Shown here piece by piece: positions 25,852 to 39,000 of a stretch of 64,000 bases of DNA. The stretch spans positions 248,001 through 312,000 of the forward strand of contig JAAOMT010000694.1 of assembly GCA_016748015.1 (NCBI GenBank), given 5' to 3'. A model generated the notes under the pieces. It saw only the letters and a list, made by a program, of their open reading frames with translations. It made no database searches and was not told where the DNA came from. The position numbers and the translations under genes were made by a program. Within the stretch, counting starts at the first letter, position 1. Each line of letters begins with the position of its first letter. This DNA is from Geosiphon pyriformis uo1 (lineage: Eukaryota; Fungi; Glomeromycota).

Positions 25852-27148
25852 ATGCCATTTTTTCTAGCAACTACTTCTAGACCTCTATTACGGAGCTTTG
25901 CGAATGTCCATTGCAAAGTCTTTGCCGTATGAGCATTTTTTTTCATTCTCCTTTTTGAATGCCGTTACTTTAATTCCTGATCCCCATTTATCATCTCTAC
26001 TAGGCACCAGCTTGTGTGGCCCGAGGGTTAAAATCTTCAGTTGCCACTCAAATGGCCACCGAAGTAGGTGAGAAACACAATAAATTATTTTTTGAAAATA
26101 AATCAAATTCCCGTTTTAATTTTCCACTTTTGTTAATCTCGAATTTCAATCTCGTTAGCCCCTTCTCTGACTCGGGAACCAGGTTTGAACTACTTCTTAA
26201 AAACTAAAGGCCCGATAATTTTACCCCGAGAGTTTTTTGTTTTTTAACCTTTCTGTATTTTCTTTAGTGAAAAAGAAGGAGCCTCAACTAACAACCTTTG
26301 CCATTTATCGATGGGTAAGTATTTGATGTTTATTTCGATCTATTTAATTTATACTAAAATCAAAATTTTAATATAGAATCCCGATAACCCAACGGCCAAG
26401 CCCCATTTACAAAAATATCAGGTCGATCTTGATTCATGTGGTCCAATGTTATTGGATGCTCTTATCAAGATAAAAAATGAACAAGATTCCACTCTCACAT
26501 TCCGACGATCTTGTCGTGAAGGGATTTGTGGCTCATGTGCCATGAACATTGATGGTGTGAATACCTTAGCATGTTTAGCTAAAATAGATCGTAATTCGGC
26601 CCAAACCAAAATCTATCCATTGCCACATAGTAAGTATCTATCTTTATTCAATAATCAATATATGAAGAGGAGGAATATGAAATTTTACGGCCAAAGAATC
26701 CAACTGATCTTATTGAGTTTTTTCAGTGTATGTTATCAAGGATCTGGTACCAGATCTGACGCACTTTTATAAGCAATACAAATCGATAGAACCGTATCTT
26801 AAGAAGAAAGAACCTGCTTCAGACAAAAAAGAATATTTACAAAGTATCGCTGAAAGAAAGAAATTGGACGGTCTCTATGAATGTATTTTGTGTGCTTGCT
26901 GTTCAACTTCTTGTCCGAGTTATTGGTGGAATTCGGATGAGTATCTTGGACCGGCTGTCTTGCTGCAAGCTTATAGATGGATGGCCGATTCCAGAGATGA
27001 CTTCTCTCGTGAGAGACGTGAAGCATTACAAAATCCATTTTCCGTTTATCGTTGTCACACGATCATGAATTGCACTAGAACCTGTCCCAAAGGTTTAAAT
27101 CCTGGAAGAGCAATTGCTCAGATCAAGAGAGATATGGCTTTGAAATAA
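25852..27148 (+). CDS. SDH2: Succinate dehydrogenase iron-sulfur subunit, 5 exons
   Basis: Presequence; motifs FAIYRW|[53 protein letters not shown]. Confidence 0.97.
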
Positions 27149-27570
27149 AACCGCGCCTTGATTGATTATATCTTCACCATAAAATGAATGCTCATTTTAT
27201 TAGATTTCTGAGTAAAGAAATGTATTTTGGGTTGCATGATGATAGGACATGAATAATTCATATGAGCAATCAGTTGCTGTATTTTGTTAAGAAATGATGA
27301 TAAAAACTGTTTAATCGCGAAATTTTCCTATACAAATAACATTTACGAACTCGTTCTCTACTTGCTAGAGCAATCTTTTATGCTAGTGGTCGCTAAACCT
27401 AAAAGATCACGTCTAGATAAACAGTATTGATCATTGTGAACTTTTTTTAGGGCTGTTTCCTAGGAACAATCAAAACCCAAATTAAATAAGATATTCACAC
27501 ACAAAATTATAACATGCTCCCTTATCTTTAATCCATAATTATTTGCTCAAAAGGCTTGAAAAAACTCGCG

Positions 27571-28287
27571 TCACTTGTTTAATTTCTTTACCCGTAACTC
27601 TATATTTAAATTATTAAATTAAAGCACAATTATTGTCTTCAGCTCAAAATCAAAGTTATTATTTTAAATTACTTACCTAAGTCTTTGGAGTAATCATCCA
27701 ATTCAACTGCCACTTTATCTAAATATTCTACTTGTTCACAAATCTCATCGATTTGTTGAACGTACGGCTCGAAATCAAGATCTACAAACCCATATTGTTA
27801 AAATACCCAACCTCCGAGTCAAATCTTTGATTTAATCGTACCCAATTAAGAACACATAATATTCATACATACAAACTCGTTGCAACTTTGACATTTCCAC
27901 CATTAAATTTTGGGCCATTCCAGACATCTCTTTATATCTAGCACAAGTTATATTATTCATACTTTCCAACAATTTATAATCTTCAGTCGTTGCTGCGAAT
28001 AAAATTACAAATTTCACGGGTATTTTTGAACTAAGCCAAGTAATCACTCTTTGAAAACCTAAACTGAAACAAAGTTACCTGTAATCTCGGCTTTCAAATA
28101 CTCGGTCACTTTGTTAAACATGTTTTCAGTAAGTTTGTTCAAGTCATTGCCGCCACTTTTGCTTAGCCCCTCCGTTGCTGTGGAGGAGGAGCCACGAGCC
28201 ATTGCTATTTGTGAGTGAACCGAATTTTCAGAGGCTACTGTGCTTCGACGGGCGTGCGTGTTTGATGCTGAAGGTTGCTGCTGCTGC

Positions 28288-28360
<73 letters not shown>

Positions 28361-28505
28361 CAGAACTTGAAGAGCTGGAAGTTGTTAGTGGTAGGACGGT
28401 TGAAGTTATGAAGGCAAGTGTAGAAGAGAGAGCAGAACTAGCATTCGTTGCCACATTGCCAGTCACTATAATTTTGCTTGTAGTCGGTGTTGTGGGCGCA
28501 GACAT
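27571..28505 (-). CDS. BLOC1S2: BLOC-1 subunit 2 (BLOS2) with an N-terminal polyQ extension, 4 exons
   Basis: LTENMFNKVTEYLKAEI-T-ATTEDYKLLESMN...YVQQIDEICEQVEYLDKVAVELDDYSKDLE. Confidence 0.85.
28275..28358 (-). repeat. (CAA)23(CAG)4CAA tract encoding ~28 Gln
   Basis: Read directly from the sequence. Confidence 0.92.
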
Positions 28506-30007
28506 TACAGATAACGAAATTAAAATAGATGCAAAAAAATATAAATAACACTAAAATAATAATTTATTTATAATTAACAGGAATTTAATTTAAGATATAA
28601 CTTATTTTTATTTTATTTAATATTACATATTATTTATTTATTAGGTTTTAACTGAGTGTGCCTAACTATAACCACAGAGGGTCAACTGAATTTAAAGAAT
28701 AGCCAATAATAAAATAGATATTGTTTCACAGTAAATGTAACCTATGCCACCAAGCCAATCAAAACAATCTAAACTGGATCTAATGCTATATTATCATTAT
28801 CTAACAAACAATTATTATATAATCGTCATGTGCATGCATTTATAAAGAGTATTCTAGTAAACTTGGAACTCATAATTATTTGCACTTAGCTCTAAGTCCC
28901 GAACTTGGGAACCAGACTATAGCATACTGTAAAACGAACTTACTCAACCAGATTCTGGTTAGATTTTATCTTCAAAGGCTCTAGATTCTAAAAAACCACC
29001 GATTCATTTACAGTGTTATCACTTAAAGAAGGTATTTTACATTAAAAGGAAATGCACCATATTTTTTTTAACTTTAGTAATATTTTTTAACATTTTAGTA
29101 TTAAAACTGGTAACTTGAATATTTAATATAAAAAATCTACTTTAATAACTGTATTAAAAGAATTTTTAAAGTTGAATTATAGTTACCAAAAATCCAATCA
29201 GTTTTATTATAAACCAAAATAAACAAATTTCAAAACTGGAATTTCAAAAATTTAATTTAATGCTTGAAACAACAGTCTTAGCATAAAATATTAAACCAAT
29301 TAATAAAATTACCAAAAACTTGAGTATAAAAAACTTTTAAAATTTTGGCAAATAATTTAAACTTTAATATTTATAATATTGCTAATATTTTACCAAATAC
29401 AACAATTTTTTAAAGTATTAATTTAATAGTATTATTAAAATTACTTTAATTTAAAAATAAAACATATTTAATTATTTTTTTTGGCAATTATGTTACTAAT
29501 CTTAAAAATAATACAACCTAAAAAAAGTTAACTAGCTTGGTTTTAAAAGCATTACAAAAAGCAATTGCTTTTTTTAATACAAAACAGAAAGAATTCAAAC
29601 ACTATTTTTTTTATCAAAATTTGCAATGTATACTGTTACAAACCACCAGGCTTTAACTTAATACCAGAAACTTTACCAAGAATCTTTAATCTCATTTACA
29701 ATAATTTTTAAAAGAACATTAATTTTTTAATAATTAAACATAATACAATAATTAAAATAATTTATTTATTGTTAAAACAACAAATATTTTTTTTATTTGC
29801 GAAATTCTTTTGCTATTTTTTTAAAAAAAGTCCCTCCCCTCCCCAACGAATGCCATTCGTTGTGGAATTCATATCTTTTCCAGAATTGTGCATAATGTAC
29901 TGATCAAAGTAATCTTCCACACTTGAAAGTACACAGCTACCGCACGCATCTTCCCACTATTAATTCGAAGCAGTTCATACTGCATTGAATAATATAGTTT
30001 CTATAAA

Positions 30008-30553
30008 TCACACGGCGATAGTTTTTTTAGCGAAATCAATCGCGTTATGACTAGTTTCTTCACTTTGGAAATCATCCTGAGGAAACCATAATTAAGTATT
30101 AATAAAGGAGAGAAAATAGTTAACTTTACTTTAATAGTAAATGTAGTGGTATGTGACATACCGGATCATAAATAACACGCACCATCAAAGAACAGCTCGG
30201 ACACCGAGCAATGTCTTCCCCGTCCATTAGTTCGACCTGAGAGGTTGTTTAATAAGATGTTTGAGTCGCTAGCGTAAGATCTTGTCAACGCAATTTTTTG
30301 GGAAGAAGAGACAAGGGAGGTAGAAAGTTAAGAAACCCGAAGTGTTAAGGTGTTTGAGCTTACCATTGTAATTTCAAAACGGTCACCACAAGGACATGGA
30401 TAGTGATAGGTTTTTGTCTGTTCGTCAAACTCAAAATCTTCTAATAATTTGACAAGAGTATCATTTTTAAATACAATTGAGATTCTACTTATGAAATGTC
30501 TATGCAAGAGTTGAGTCTTTACCGATTTCAATTTCGTCGTAGAAGGAAGTCAT
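30008..30553 (-). CDS. DPH3: Diphthamide biosynthesis protein 3 (CSL zinc finger), 4 exons
   Basis: [13 protein letters not shown]...[14 protein letters not shown]...[19 protein letters not shown]. Confidence 0.96.
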
Positions 30554-31062
30554 TTTGAAAGAAATTGAGCAATGGTTTATTTAGCCGAAAGGGATCCTTG
30601 GGAAATGATTGAGTGGGATAAGCAATTCATCAACCTTGATCCAATCTGATCTTGTATTTAAACTGCGCTCTTATATTTTATTACATTTGTCTACATCATT
30701 TACCATTACCCAATTTTAGTTGGGAAAGAGTATCAAAGGATAAAGTTACCTCAAATAAAATAAAGTTTTATACTATTGCTAATAAACTGTTTGATGAGGA
30801 TGGAAGAATGCTGCAAATCGTTTTTAGCGTAGAATTTTGGTCTTACTTGATCCCGTCCATCCATCCCTTCTATTCGTCCAAAATTGGTTTTAGTCCACTA
30901 TGTAAATAAAAATCCAAAAATACATTATTTTTCCAGAATGGGGTAAGATTCGTTGCGTGGTTCTAAGCATCGTGCACAATTTTAGGAAAGAGGTGGCTCG
31001 AACCAAATTTATTGTTGGACAGGGAACCGTGAAAAGATTTTCAAGTTCAAAGATCTCGTACT

Positions 31063-33225
31063 CTATTCCATAGATAATAAAGAAGGATTAGCGCTATCTT
31101 CGGCGCTTTCCAATAAACTATTTTTACGTTAATAAATTGTTTTAATCATCAAGGGTAGAAAATTTAAGATTAATATGAAATCAAGATGAAATAAAATATC
31201 GGATGATAATTTATTAAAAGTCCTCGTCTTGTACCTGTATTGTTTAAGCAGGACGCATTCTCCGCCAATCTCTAAATCAATACTGTACTGGTAAAAATAG
31301 CCTTCAGATGTAACCACCATAACTTGATTCGTAGTGCTTTTGAAATAATCAATATATTATTAATAGTTTTTGACTTAGTACCAACATATTAATTTACTTA
31401 CTTGCTCAGTGCAACTACGCTCTGTACACCAGAGTTGGGCAACTTGAAATATGCAAAATCTCTTGCAGGTTCCCACATTTCAGTGAGAGCATCTGGGAGA
31501 TAATTTCCCACGCTTCCCGCGACTGTACGTCCCAAGTGATAAGATTGTCGACGTATGGTACTACTAATCTCCGGGAATAAATTCAAGTTATTTGTTAATA
31601 AAAGGATATCAAGCTTTCTTTACTTTTAATTAGGTTATAAACACAAGATACTATTTACAAACTGACCCAACAGCAACTGACCCGGTCTTCTTTTTTTCAT
31701 TTATGTAAGCCTCAAATCCACCAACTGCAGCCGGACCGGCTGAGTGTCGATTCAGAGAACCACCTGAACCACCGTTTGATGCCCCATTATTAGCAACTCC
31801 AGGTGGTGGTCCATTTAAGGAATTTCCCCCCAGTTTGAATATATGTACAGTGTCTGTATCACTAGACACACACAATAATGAGCTTACAGAGTTAAAGGAG
31901 ATTGAATGAATACGTGTGGGATAAGAGCCTCGCCGAAATTGATATAATTTTTGCGCGTTTGGAATAGAAAAAACACGAATTATGGTGCCCTATATATTTC
32001 CAATTACAATTTTTCATTAGCTAAACTGTAAGAAAGTAATTCCAATAATTATCAATTTCCTCCAGCCACACAGACCTTGTCACTAGCCGTGGCTAACATT
32101 GTTCCGTCGGAATTGATGGCCACATATGACACGGGACTTTTGTGAGCTTGAACTATGTTAACCACTTGTAGACCCAAAGCATCAAAAATGTAAACGTCAC
32201 CAGATGATATCGCGTTCTGTGTACTATTAGCGAAAGGGGAAGATGGTCCCGGTGTGGGGGATGGGTAAGCTATGTAACAGTTGTCATTTGATGGAGAGAG
32301 GGCACAAATGGCTGTAAAAAATATATTTAAAAATGAACCGTTAACCTAGAATAGATTTATGACTAGCTATTGACTTAATCAAAATGAGCGCGAATTCATC
32401 CTTACCATGTGGGTTAGAACTGGTTTCAATGGTATGCAATAATTTCATGTTGCTAATATCATGAACGTAAATCATATTTTCCAACACGACAATCAATCGA
32501 CGTCGATTCAACTTCACAGCGAGAATGGTGGTAGCAAATGTCAATTCACATATCGTAGATTGTCTCTTTTAAATTATTTTGTTCAGATTTTATTAGGTTT
32601 ACTTCAGAAAATTCAAATTGATAAAAAGCCTTTCACCAACCTTGGTGTTAGTGATCTGCAACCTTCGTGGGGTAAACGCCGGCTGTTCACCAGCTCCCAC
32701 TAAAGCCACAAGTGATGTACAAAAAAGCATCTCAACAATGCCTAGACCACCATCAGCTACCAAAATTACAGGATCCAAGTTTCAGCCTTTATTCAATGAT
32801 CACATTACTTTATACGCTGATTCTTACCTTTGGAGTAGCATTTGCCAAAAGGATCACAGTTATATATTTTGTAGCCACGTTGTGTGCCGACGGAGATGCA
32901 ACTTTTTACAACAATTATTTGTTGACAGGAAATAAAAGTTCAAAAGGATATTAAATTATCACATTGATTAAAGTATGTCTCGAAAAGGGTTGTATTTTTT
33001 AAGGGTAGGGAACCATTAATTATACAGAGCCAAACATATATTAAAAGATCGAATAAAGCAAGTTTTCTCAGAGGAAGATGAATTTGATATTATTGATTTA
33101 CTGTTACATCCTTAATTAAAAGCTGAGTGCTTGAAACCTCAACCCATATTCCAGACAAGTTACCTGAAATCCTGATTGAAATTAATGAAAAGCAATTCGT
33201 TTTTACTTTTTGCACTTAGATTCAT
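31063..33225 (-). CDS. ATG18: Autophagy PROPPIN Atg18/WIPI, multi-exon
   Basis: [44 protein letters not shown] and the lipid-binding YQFRRG motif. Confidence 0.95.
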
Positions 33226-34149
33226 GATTTCCTTAAGATTTGGCTGGCTCCACAATTCGCTTTGGTCTATCACGCAAAAGGTTGTCTTTCACAATAAGAT
33301 CAAGACTATTTAATAAAATGAATCGCGTTCTTAAAAATTCTTGCTTTTTCCTTGGGGTGGAAGGCCTGTATCATGAAAAACACATTGGAATTGACACGTT
33401 TAAAAAGAAGCTTTACAAGTCCAACTTCTGTTGAACCAACTTCTATATTTTAATCGCGAATGACCTTTCGGTCATGTGATAAATCATGACTCAGGGACGC
33501 ACTAATCCAAAAATAGTGAAAGAATATTCTCCAAAGAAAAGCTTGTTTTGTATAATATATTTTACATTTTATGCATTATTTATTTGATATTATTACTCAA
33601 ATTGACACATAATATTATTTTTAACCAACTCATTAATTGAATTTTAAAAATTATATGCTAATATTATATAATTAAATCAACAAAAATTATTATTATCTTA
33701 AAAACACAAAGTTTTATGTTTTTTTTGTTATTATTTTAAATTTGTTTTTTAAAATTAAATATTTAAACAGCATATATTTTTGAATTAAAATCTTAAAAAA
33801 TTTTATTAAATATAATTAATTATTAAACAATTAAATTAAATATTATATAAATTTAATTTTAAATATTTATAATATATAATTATTTAAAATAAAATATTTT
33901 TTTGTTTTAATAATTAATGTTCTAATTTAAATAATATTGTATAAAATTTATTCTTATAAAAAATATAATTAATTGTTTTATTGTTATTATTATTATTATT
34001 ATTAAAATGTTTAATAAATATTATTTTAAATTGTTATTATTTTTTAAAATTTAAAATTTGTTTTATATATTAATTTTAAATTTTTTTTATAATTTTATAA
34101 TTTTAATTAAAACAAAAAAAAACTTCTTTCTCTCATTTATCCCAAATTC

Positions 34150-36055
34150 TCAAAAAAGAGCCAAAATATTTTTTAAAGAAGTTTTTTCTGTTTTTATCAT
34201 TCAGTGCACTAATTCCAAACTGTTTGTGCTTGATTATGAAGCCACCATTGGCTCTAGTATTGCAGTTCTAAACAAGTCTATTATGGAGCCTAGTTTTAAT
34301 ATTAGTGTCAAGTCTGTTGAGTCCAGAAAGAAGAGAAGAGATGGTGTTTTGGAAAATAATATTGGTAATAGAAAATTTGCTGCTGCTAAGGTATTAAGTA
34401 GTCATTTTTGGGGTTCTGCAACCAGTGATACTACTGAATCTGATAGTGTAGATATGAAGAAAGAATGTTTAGTTAAAGAAACCAGCTTTAATTATGGAGA
34501 TAGTGGAGCTTTTGCTGGTGAGAATTCAGAGCAAACACCTAAAAGTTCGAAGATTCTTACTAAGAGAGTGCTTGAAAAGCCACTAAGGAAAATTAATTTC
34601 TTGGGTGATAATATTGATAATATATTTTTGGACAAATCTGTGGTTTTCTCTCCCCTTCTAAAGAACTTGGTCAATATTTCTGTTAGGAAGTCTTTTGCTT
34701 TGGACATCAGCTTGGATAATGTTGTTGAAAAATCTGCTCTGAAAAAGCTTGTAATTGTCAGAAAATTATTTTCAAGAATCAATGGTTTTGAGAGGGCTTC
34801 TACCCTCTCAAAATTTGCTAGAATCATTAGAACAATATTTACTTCTGAATCAAGTTTGGTGCAGGCTTCTAAAAAGGCTGAAGAGGCAAAGATCTTGGTA
34901 AACTCTGATTTCAAAAAATCATCTAGGTGTTTAGATCAGGCTGTGGTATTAAAAGAAATTCCTGTTAGAACATTAACTGAGACTGTGTGTGCTGTGCTAT
35001 CTAGTTTTGGTGTGGTGGTGTCAATCAAAATACAGTTGGTGGGTTTGTGGCAGAAGGCTATAGTTGAATTTAGTAAGGATGAACAGACTGATTTAATTAC
35101 AGCTTGTTGGTCTATTCTGATTGGGAAGGATGCTGTGCGTGTGGTCAGGGCTAATCAAAACAAGAAATTGTGGGACACAAGAGATCAACATAGGGCTTTG
35201 CTCTATACTCTGCCAATGAAAATAACTGCTCATAACATCTGAGATTATATTGGCTTTGTGGGTGAAAAAACATATATGATAGATCATCATCCTGTTATAT
35301 ATGCTCGGGCCAGATGCGCTGTTGTTTGTTTTGAGTCAGCCGATTCCTTGAATGCTGTCATGGAAACTACTCTAATTTTAAGGGGTGTGAATATGCATTG
35401 GTCTCCTTTGGGTTTTTTTAAATATGCTGAGTGTGGGAAATTGGGTTATACATCTTTGGGCTGTGCTGTAAATGGGAATCTCTCTTCTAAGAAACCTTTT
35501 TGCAGACTTTTCTCAGACATAGATAAATGCAGATTGGCAATCATCTATACCAAGTGTTCAGCTCTGATTGCTTGTTCTATTGCTTTTGATGGAGTTTCTT
35601 GGGCAAAAATTGCTGGTGGAAATATTTTTCCCCCTTTTTTTGTGCAGAAAGTGTCAGTCATTTCTGGCTCCTTTTCAGAAATGAAACCTACTCTCCCTGA
35701 TATGAGTGATGTTGAAAAAAGATTTGCTGTTTTGGAAAGCAGTCTTGGGACAAATTAGTGAGTTGGCTAAGAGGTTGGACTTATTTATGTCAGCAGTTTC
35801 CCAACCTAGCCTGGATGTCAGCTGCTGGTAATTTCTCCATTACAGGATTGGGTGGGTAATGTAGTGATAAGAGAGAGTTTAAGTAAAGTTACAAGTAGTG
35901 AAACTGCTATGACTTTGGAATTTTCTGCTTCTCCTAAAGTAAAAAGATTGGAAAACATATTGGAAGGACTTTCTGCTTCAGTTTTAAGTCTTACAACAAA
36001 GTTTAATAGTTCAATTTTGGCTGGCAGTGCATTTTTCAAACCTTCTTCTCAATGA
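34150..36055 (+). pseudogene. LINE ORF1 (RRM-like regions, degenerate CCHC knuckle, coiled coil)
   Basis: AVVLKEIP...KAIVEF RRM-like segment and [C>Y]AECGKLG[H>Y]TSLGC knuckle; disrupted by stops and frameshifts. Confidence 0.75.
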
Positions 36056-39000
36056 CCAGTCTAGTATGGAAGATTGCCATGTGTAATATTAGGGGTTTGA
36101 ATAATCCTGCAAAACAAGATGATGTAATTTATTGGCATAAAGAGATGAACAATTTGATTTCTATTGTTACTGAGACTAAGTTGAGGGGCAAGATCTGCCC
36201 ATGAATCATAAATAAATTTGATGGTGTCTGGGTTTTTACTTCTGGTTTGGATTCTGGTTATTTGGGTTCTGGTGTTGCGATTATTATGGACAATTCTTTG
36301 GCAAGACATGTATATAAAGTTTCCAGTCGACTTCTCTCTCTCAAATTACTCTTCAAGAATAATCTTTCTGTGTCAATTTTAGAACTCTATGCTGGTGCTT
36401 CATCAGTGGTTTGGTTTTTTCAGACTGGTAAAATCAACTCTCTCATTATAAAAGCAGTGAATAAATTCTCCTTCATTATTTTGGGTGGTGATTTCAATGA
36501 AGATGGGGCCTGAAAGTGTGTTAGCTTCAAGAAGTGCTTTGATTTGGGTTTAGTTGATTTTTTAAGGAGAAGTTTGTTTGTCAAGATGCCTATGTAGACC
36601 AATTCTTGTGGTGTCACTAAAGCTCTTGATTATATTCTCATTTTTTCATGTTTGGTCAATGCTGTAATAGATAGTAGTGTGGCTGATGTTAAGGACTATT
36701 TTGATACCAATCACAAAACAGTTTCTGCTTCCGTGGGTTTGAGTGGTTTGCTTGATATCTATTTGAGTTCAATATGCAAGCAGGTGAATAAGAATCATTG
36801 GAAATTTGATGTCAAAAGTGCAGATAAGGAAAAATGGAGTGAATTTAAGAATGTTACTACAGCCAATGCTGCCATGTTCTTGGATGAGTTTGAGTCAGCC
36901 AGGAAATTCTCTAATCTGGATGTTATGTGGGATATTGTTTGCAAAGTGATGATTTTTTCAGCTAATGGTGTTTTCAAGAAGAAATGGTTTAAGGATTATG
37001 ATAGAGTGTTTACTAAAGAGGCTTCCAAGTTGCATAGCTTGGAGATTTTGGTTTTGAAAATTGTTAAGACTTCTTGCAAAACAGACTCTGGCAGGTTTGA
37101 GTCTCTGTTGAGATGCTGGGTTTCTATGGATAGTGACAAAGCTTCTGTTGTTTGAGATCTTGTGAGTTCTGGTGTGAGTTTGGATCATGTTTGTTCTGCT
37201 CTTTATGGTGTGAGGAGGTTTTATTGTGCCTTTAAGCTTGCCGAGTCTTTGTAAGCCAAGAAGTTAGGCATTAGATCAGCTATTGAAAAAAGAATGAAAA
37301 GTTTTGTGGCCAACAAAGGCCACACAATCTGTAGTGTTTTGGAATGACCATTCTGTAAAATGGTGTTGAATTATTTGGTTTCTGATGGCAGTTTGATTTT
37401 GGACCCAGTAAAAGTCAAGAATAAGGTGGATGATATAATGGAAGGCTGGACAAAAAAGAAGGCCATGCTAAAAAGTGTTCCCAATTTGTGGTAGCATCAA
37501 TACCTGTCATTAGATTATGTTGACAATAATGCTTTTTCTGGTGTGATAGATGCTATCAGTTTGGATGACTTGACATGTGTAATTAAAAATTTATTAGATG
37601 GTAAAGCTGCTGGCTTGTCTGGTATTTCAAATGAACTTTGGAAACATTGTGATGGTTCTGTGCTAGGCTTGCTTCTGGATCTTCTGAACATTTGTTTGGT
37701 GTGTGAGTTAGTTTCCCATTGTTAGAAAGAAGCTTGGGTGTCAATGATTCCCAAGCCCTATAAGTGAGAGGGTGTCTTAACTAATACCTAACCAATTGCT
37801 TTAATTGAGACTGTTCATAAGATTCTTTCTAAGTTGCTGTCTGACAGGATTTTGTCAGTGTGTGGTCTTTTCAACATATTTTGTGAGGACAATTTTTCTG
37901 TGCTTAAGGGCACTACTACTCAATCGCCTATTTTTACCATTGGTTCAATTGTTGAAGACACTTTAAAAAAAGATCATAAACTTTGGCTTGTGCTACAAGA
38001 TATGCGTAAAGCCTATAACTCTGTAAGTTGACATCACTTGCATAATAGCTTGGTTCGGATCAAAATGTGTGGGCATTTTATTAGATTTTTTGGTTCTATT
38101 CACAATGACTGTTTTAATTGGGTTATGACTGATTTCAGTCTAACTAATGGGTACCAGATACATAATGGTCTTAATTAGGGTGAGGTTTTCTCTTCTTTGC
38201 TGTGAAGAATCTTTTACGACTTTTTTTTGTGTGAGGTCAAAAAACAGAAAAGTTTGTGTGAATATTGAATTGATACTAAATTTGTAGCTAAGACAGGTAA
38301 AATAGAAAACCAAGACAGTTTGACTTCGTTTTTGGCTGTTGGTGTATTTGTAGATGATACTATTTGGGTGAGTAGCAGTTAGGCTGCCACTCAGTATATT
38401 TTGGACACAGCAAGTGAATTTTTCAGAGTGAATGACATTTCTATTAATAATGAGAAAACTGTTGCCATTCCTATCAATTAGAGAGTTAGTAATGTATCAT
38501 TGTCAATTAGTGGTCTACCAATTTTAATTGCTCACAGAAAGGAGTTTCATTGGTACCTTGGTATTTATTTGTTATTTAAGAGTTTGTCCTAATCCAGTTT
38601 TGCTAAGGTGCATATGGACATCAGGTTTTTTGTCAATTTGGTACTTAAAAAAGCTATTTTGGACAAGCAGTTTCTGTATTTAGTGTTAGCTGTATTACAG
38701 TCTATTGTCAATTATAGGACTTAGTTCAGCTTTGTTTCTAGGAATGTGTATATGAAGTGGGATACTTTAATTAGGAGGGGGTTGAGACTTAAGACTGGTC
38801 TTCTGAGAAACTTTCCCAATGAGACTCTTTACCATCTTTCTTTGTATGACTTAAAATCTTTTGAGCAGTTGCAGACTGAGTACAAGATGGCTTCAGTATT
38901 ATGTTTTTCAAATGCTGGTGGTGTTTTTGGTTGTTTGTTTAATTATAGATTTCTGGATCTTCAGGTTTTGGATTGGTCACTTATTTACCCTCTATGTTAT

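Noticed and set aside
26068-26267. Longer-than-usual SDH2 intron 2 as a snoRNA host
   Set aside because: No convincing C/D or H/ACA boxes were found by eye.
28175-28548. Poly-Cys and poly-Val ORFs on the + strand
   Set aside because: Antisense shadows of the BLOS2 polyQ microsatellite.
28830-29800. AT-graded segment that may be an old TE relic
   Set aside because: No termini, domain motif or second copy was identifiable in the window.
29820-30010. TGA stop of DPH3 plus downstream hairpins as a possible SECIS
   Set aside because: The protein is complete at the TGA, and the hairpins lack the AUGA/GA quartet with an apical AA arrangement.
31600-32955. ATATCCTTT (U12-type 5' splice-site-like) motifs in ATG18 introns
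   Set aside because: They lie inside introns that already splice in frame with ordinary GT-AG sites; no matching U12 branch site or AC acceptor was seen.
33560-34100. Extremely AT-rich tracts (also 7990-8480 and 40880-41500) as a possible centromere core
   Set aside because: More simply end-stage decayed repeats; proximity to the CENP-C gene is not evidence of centromere function.
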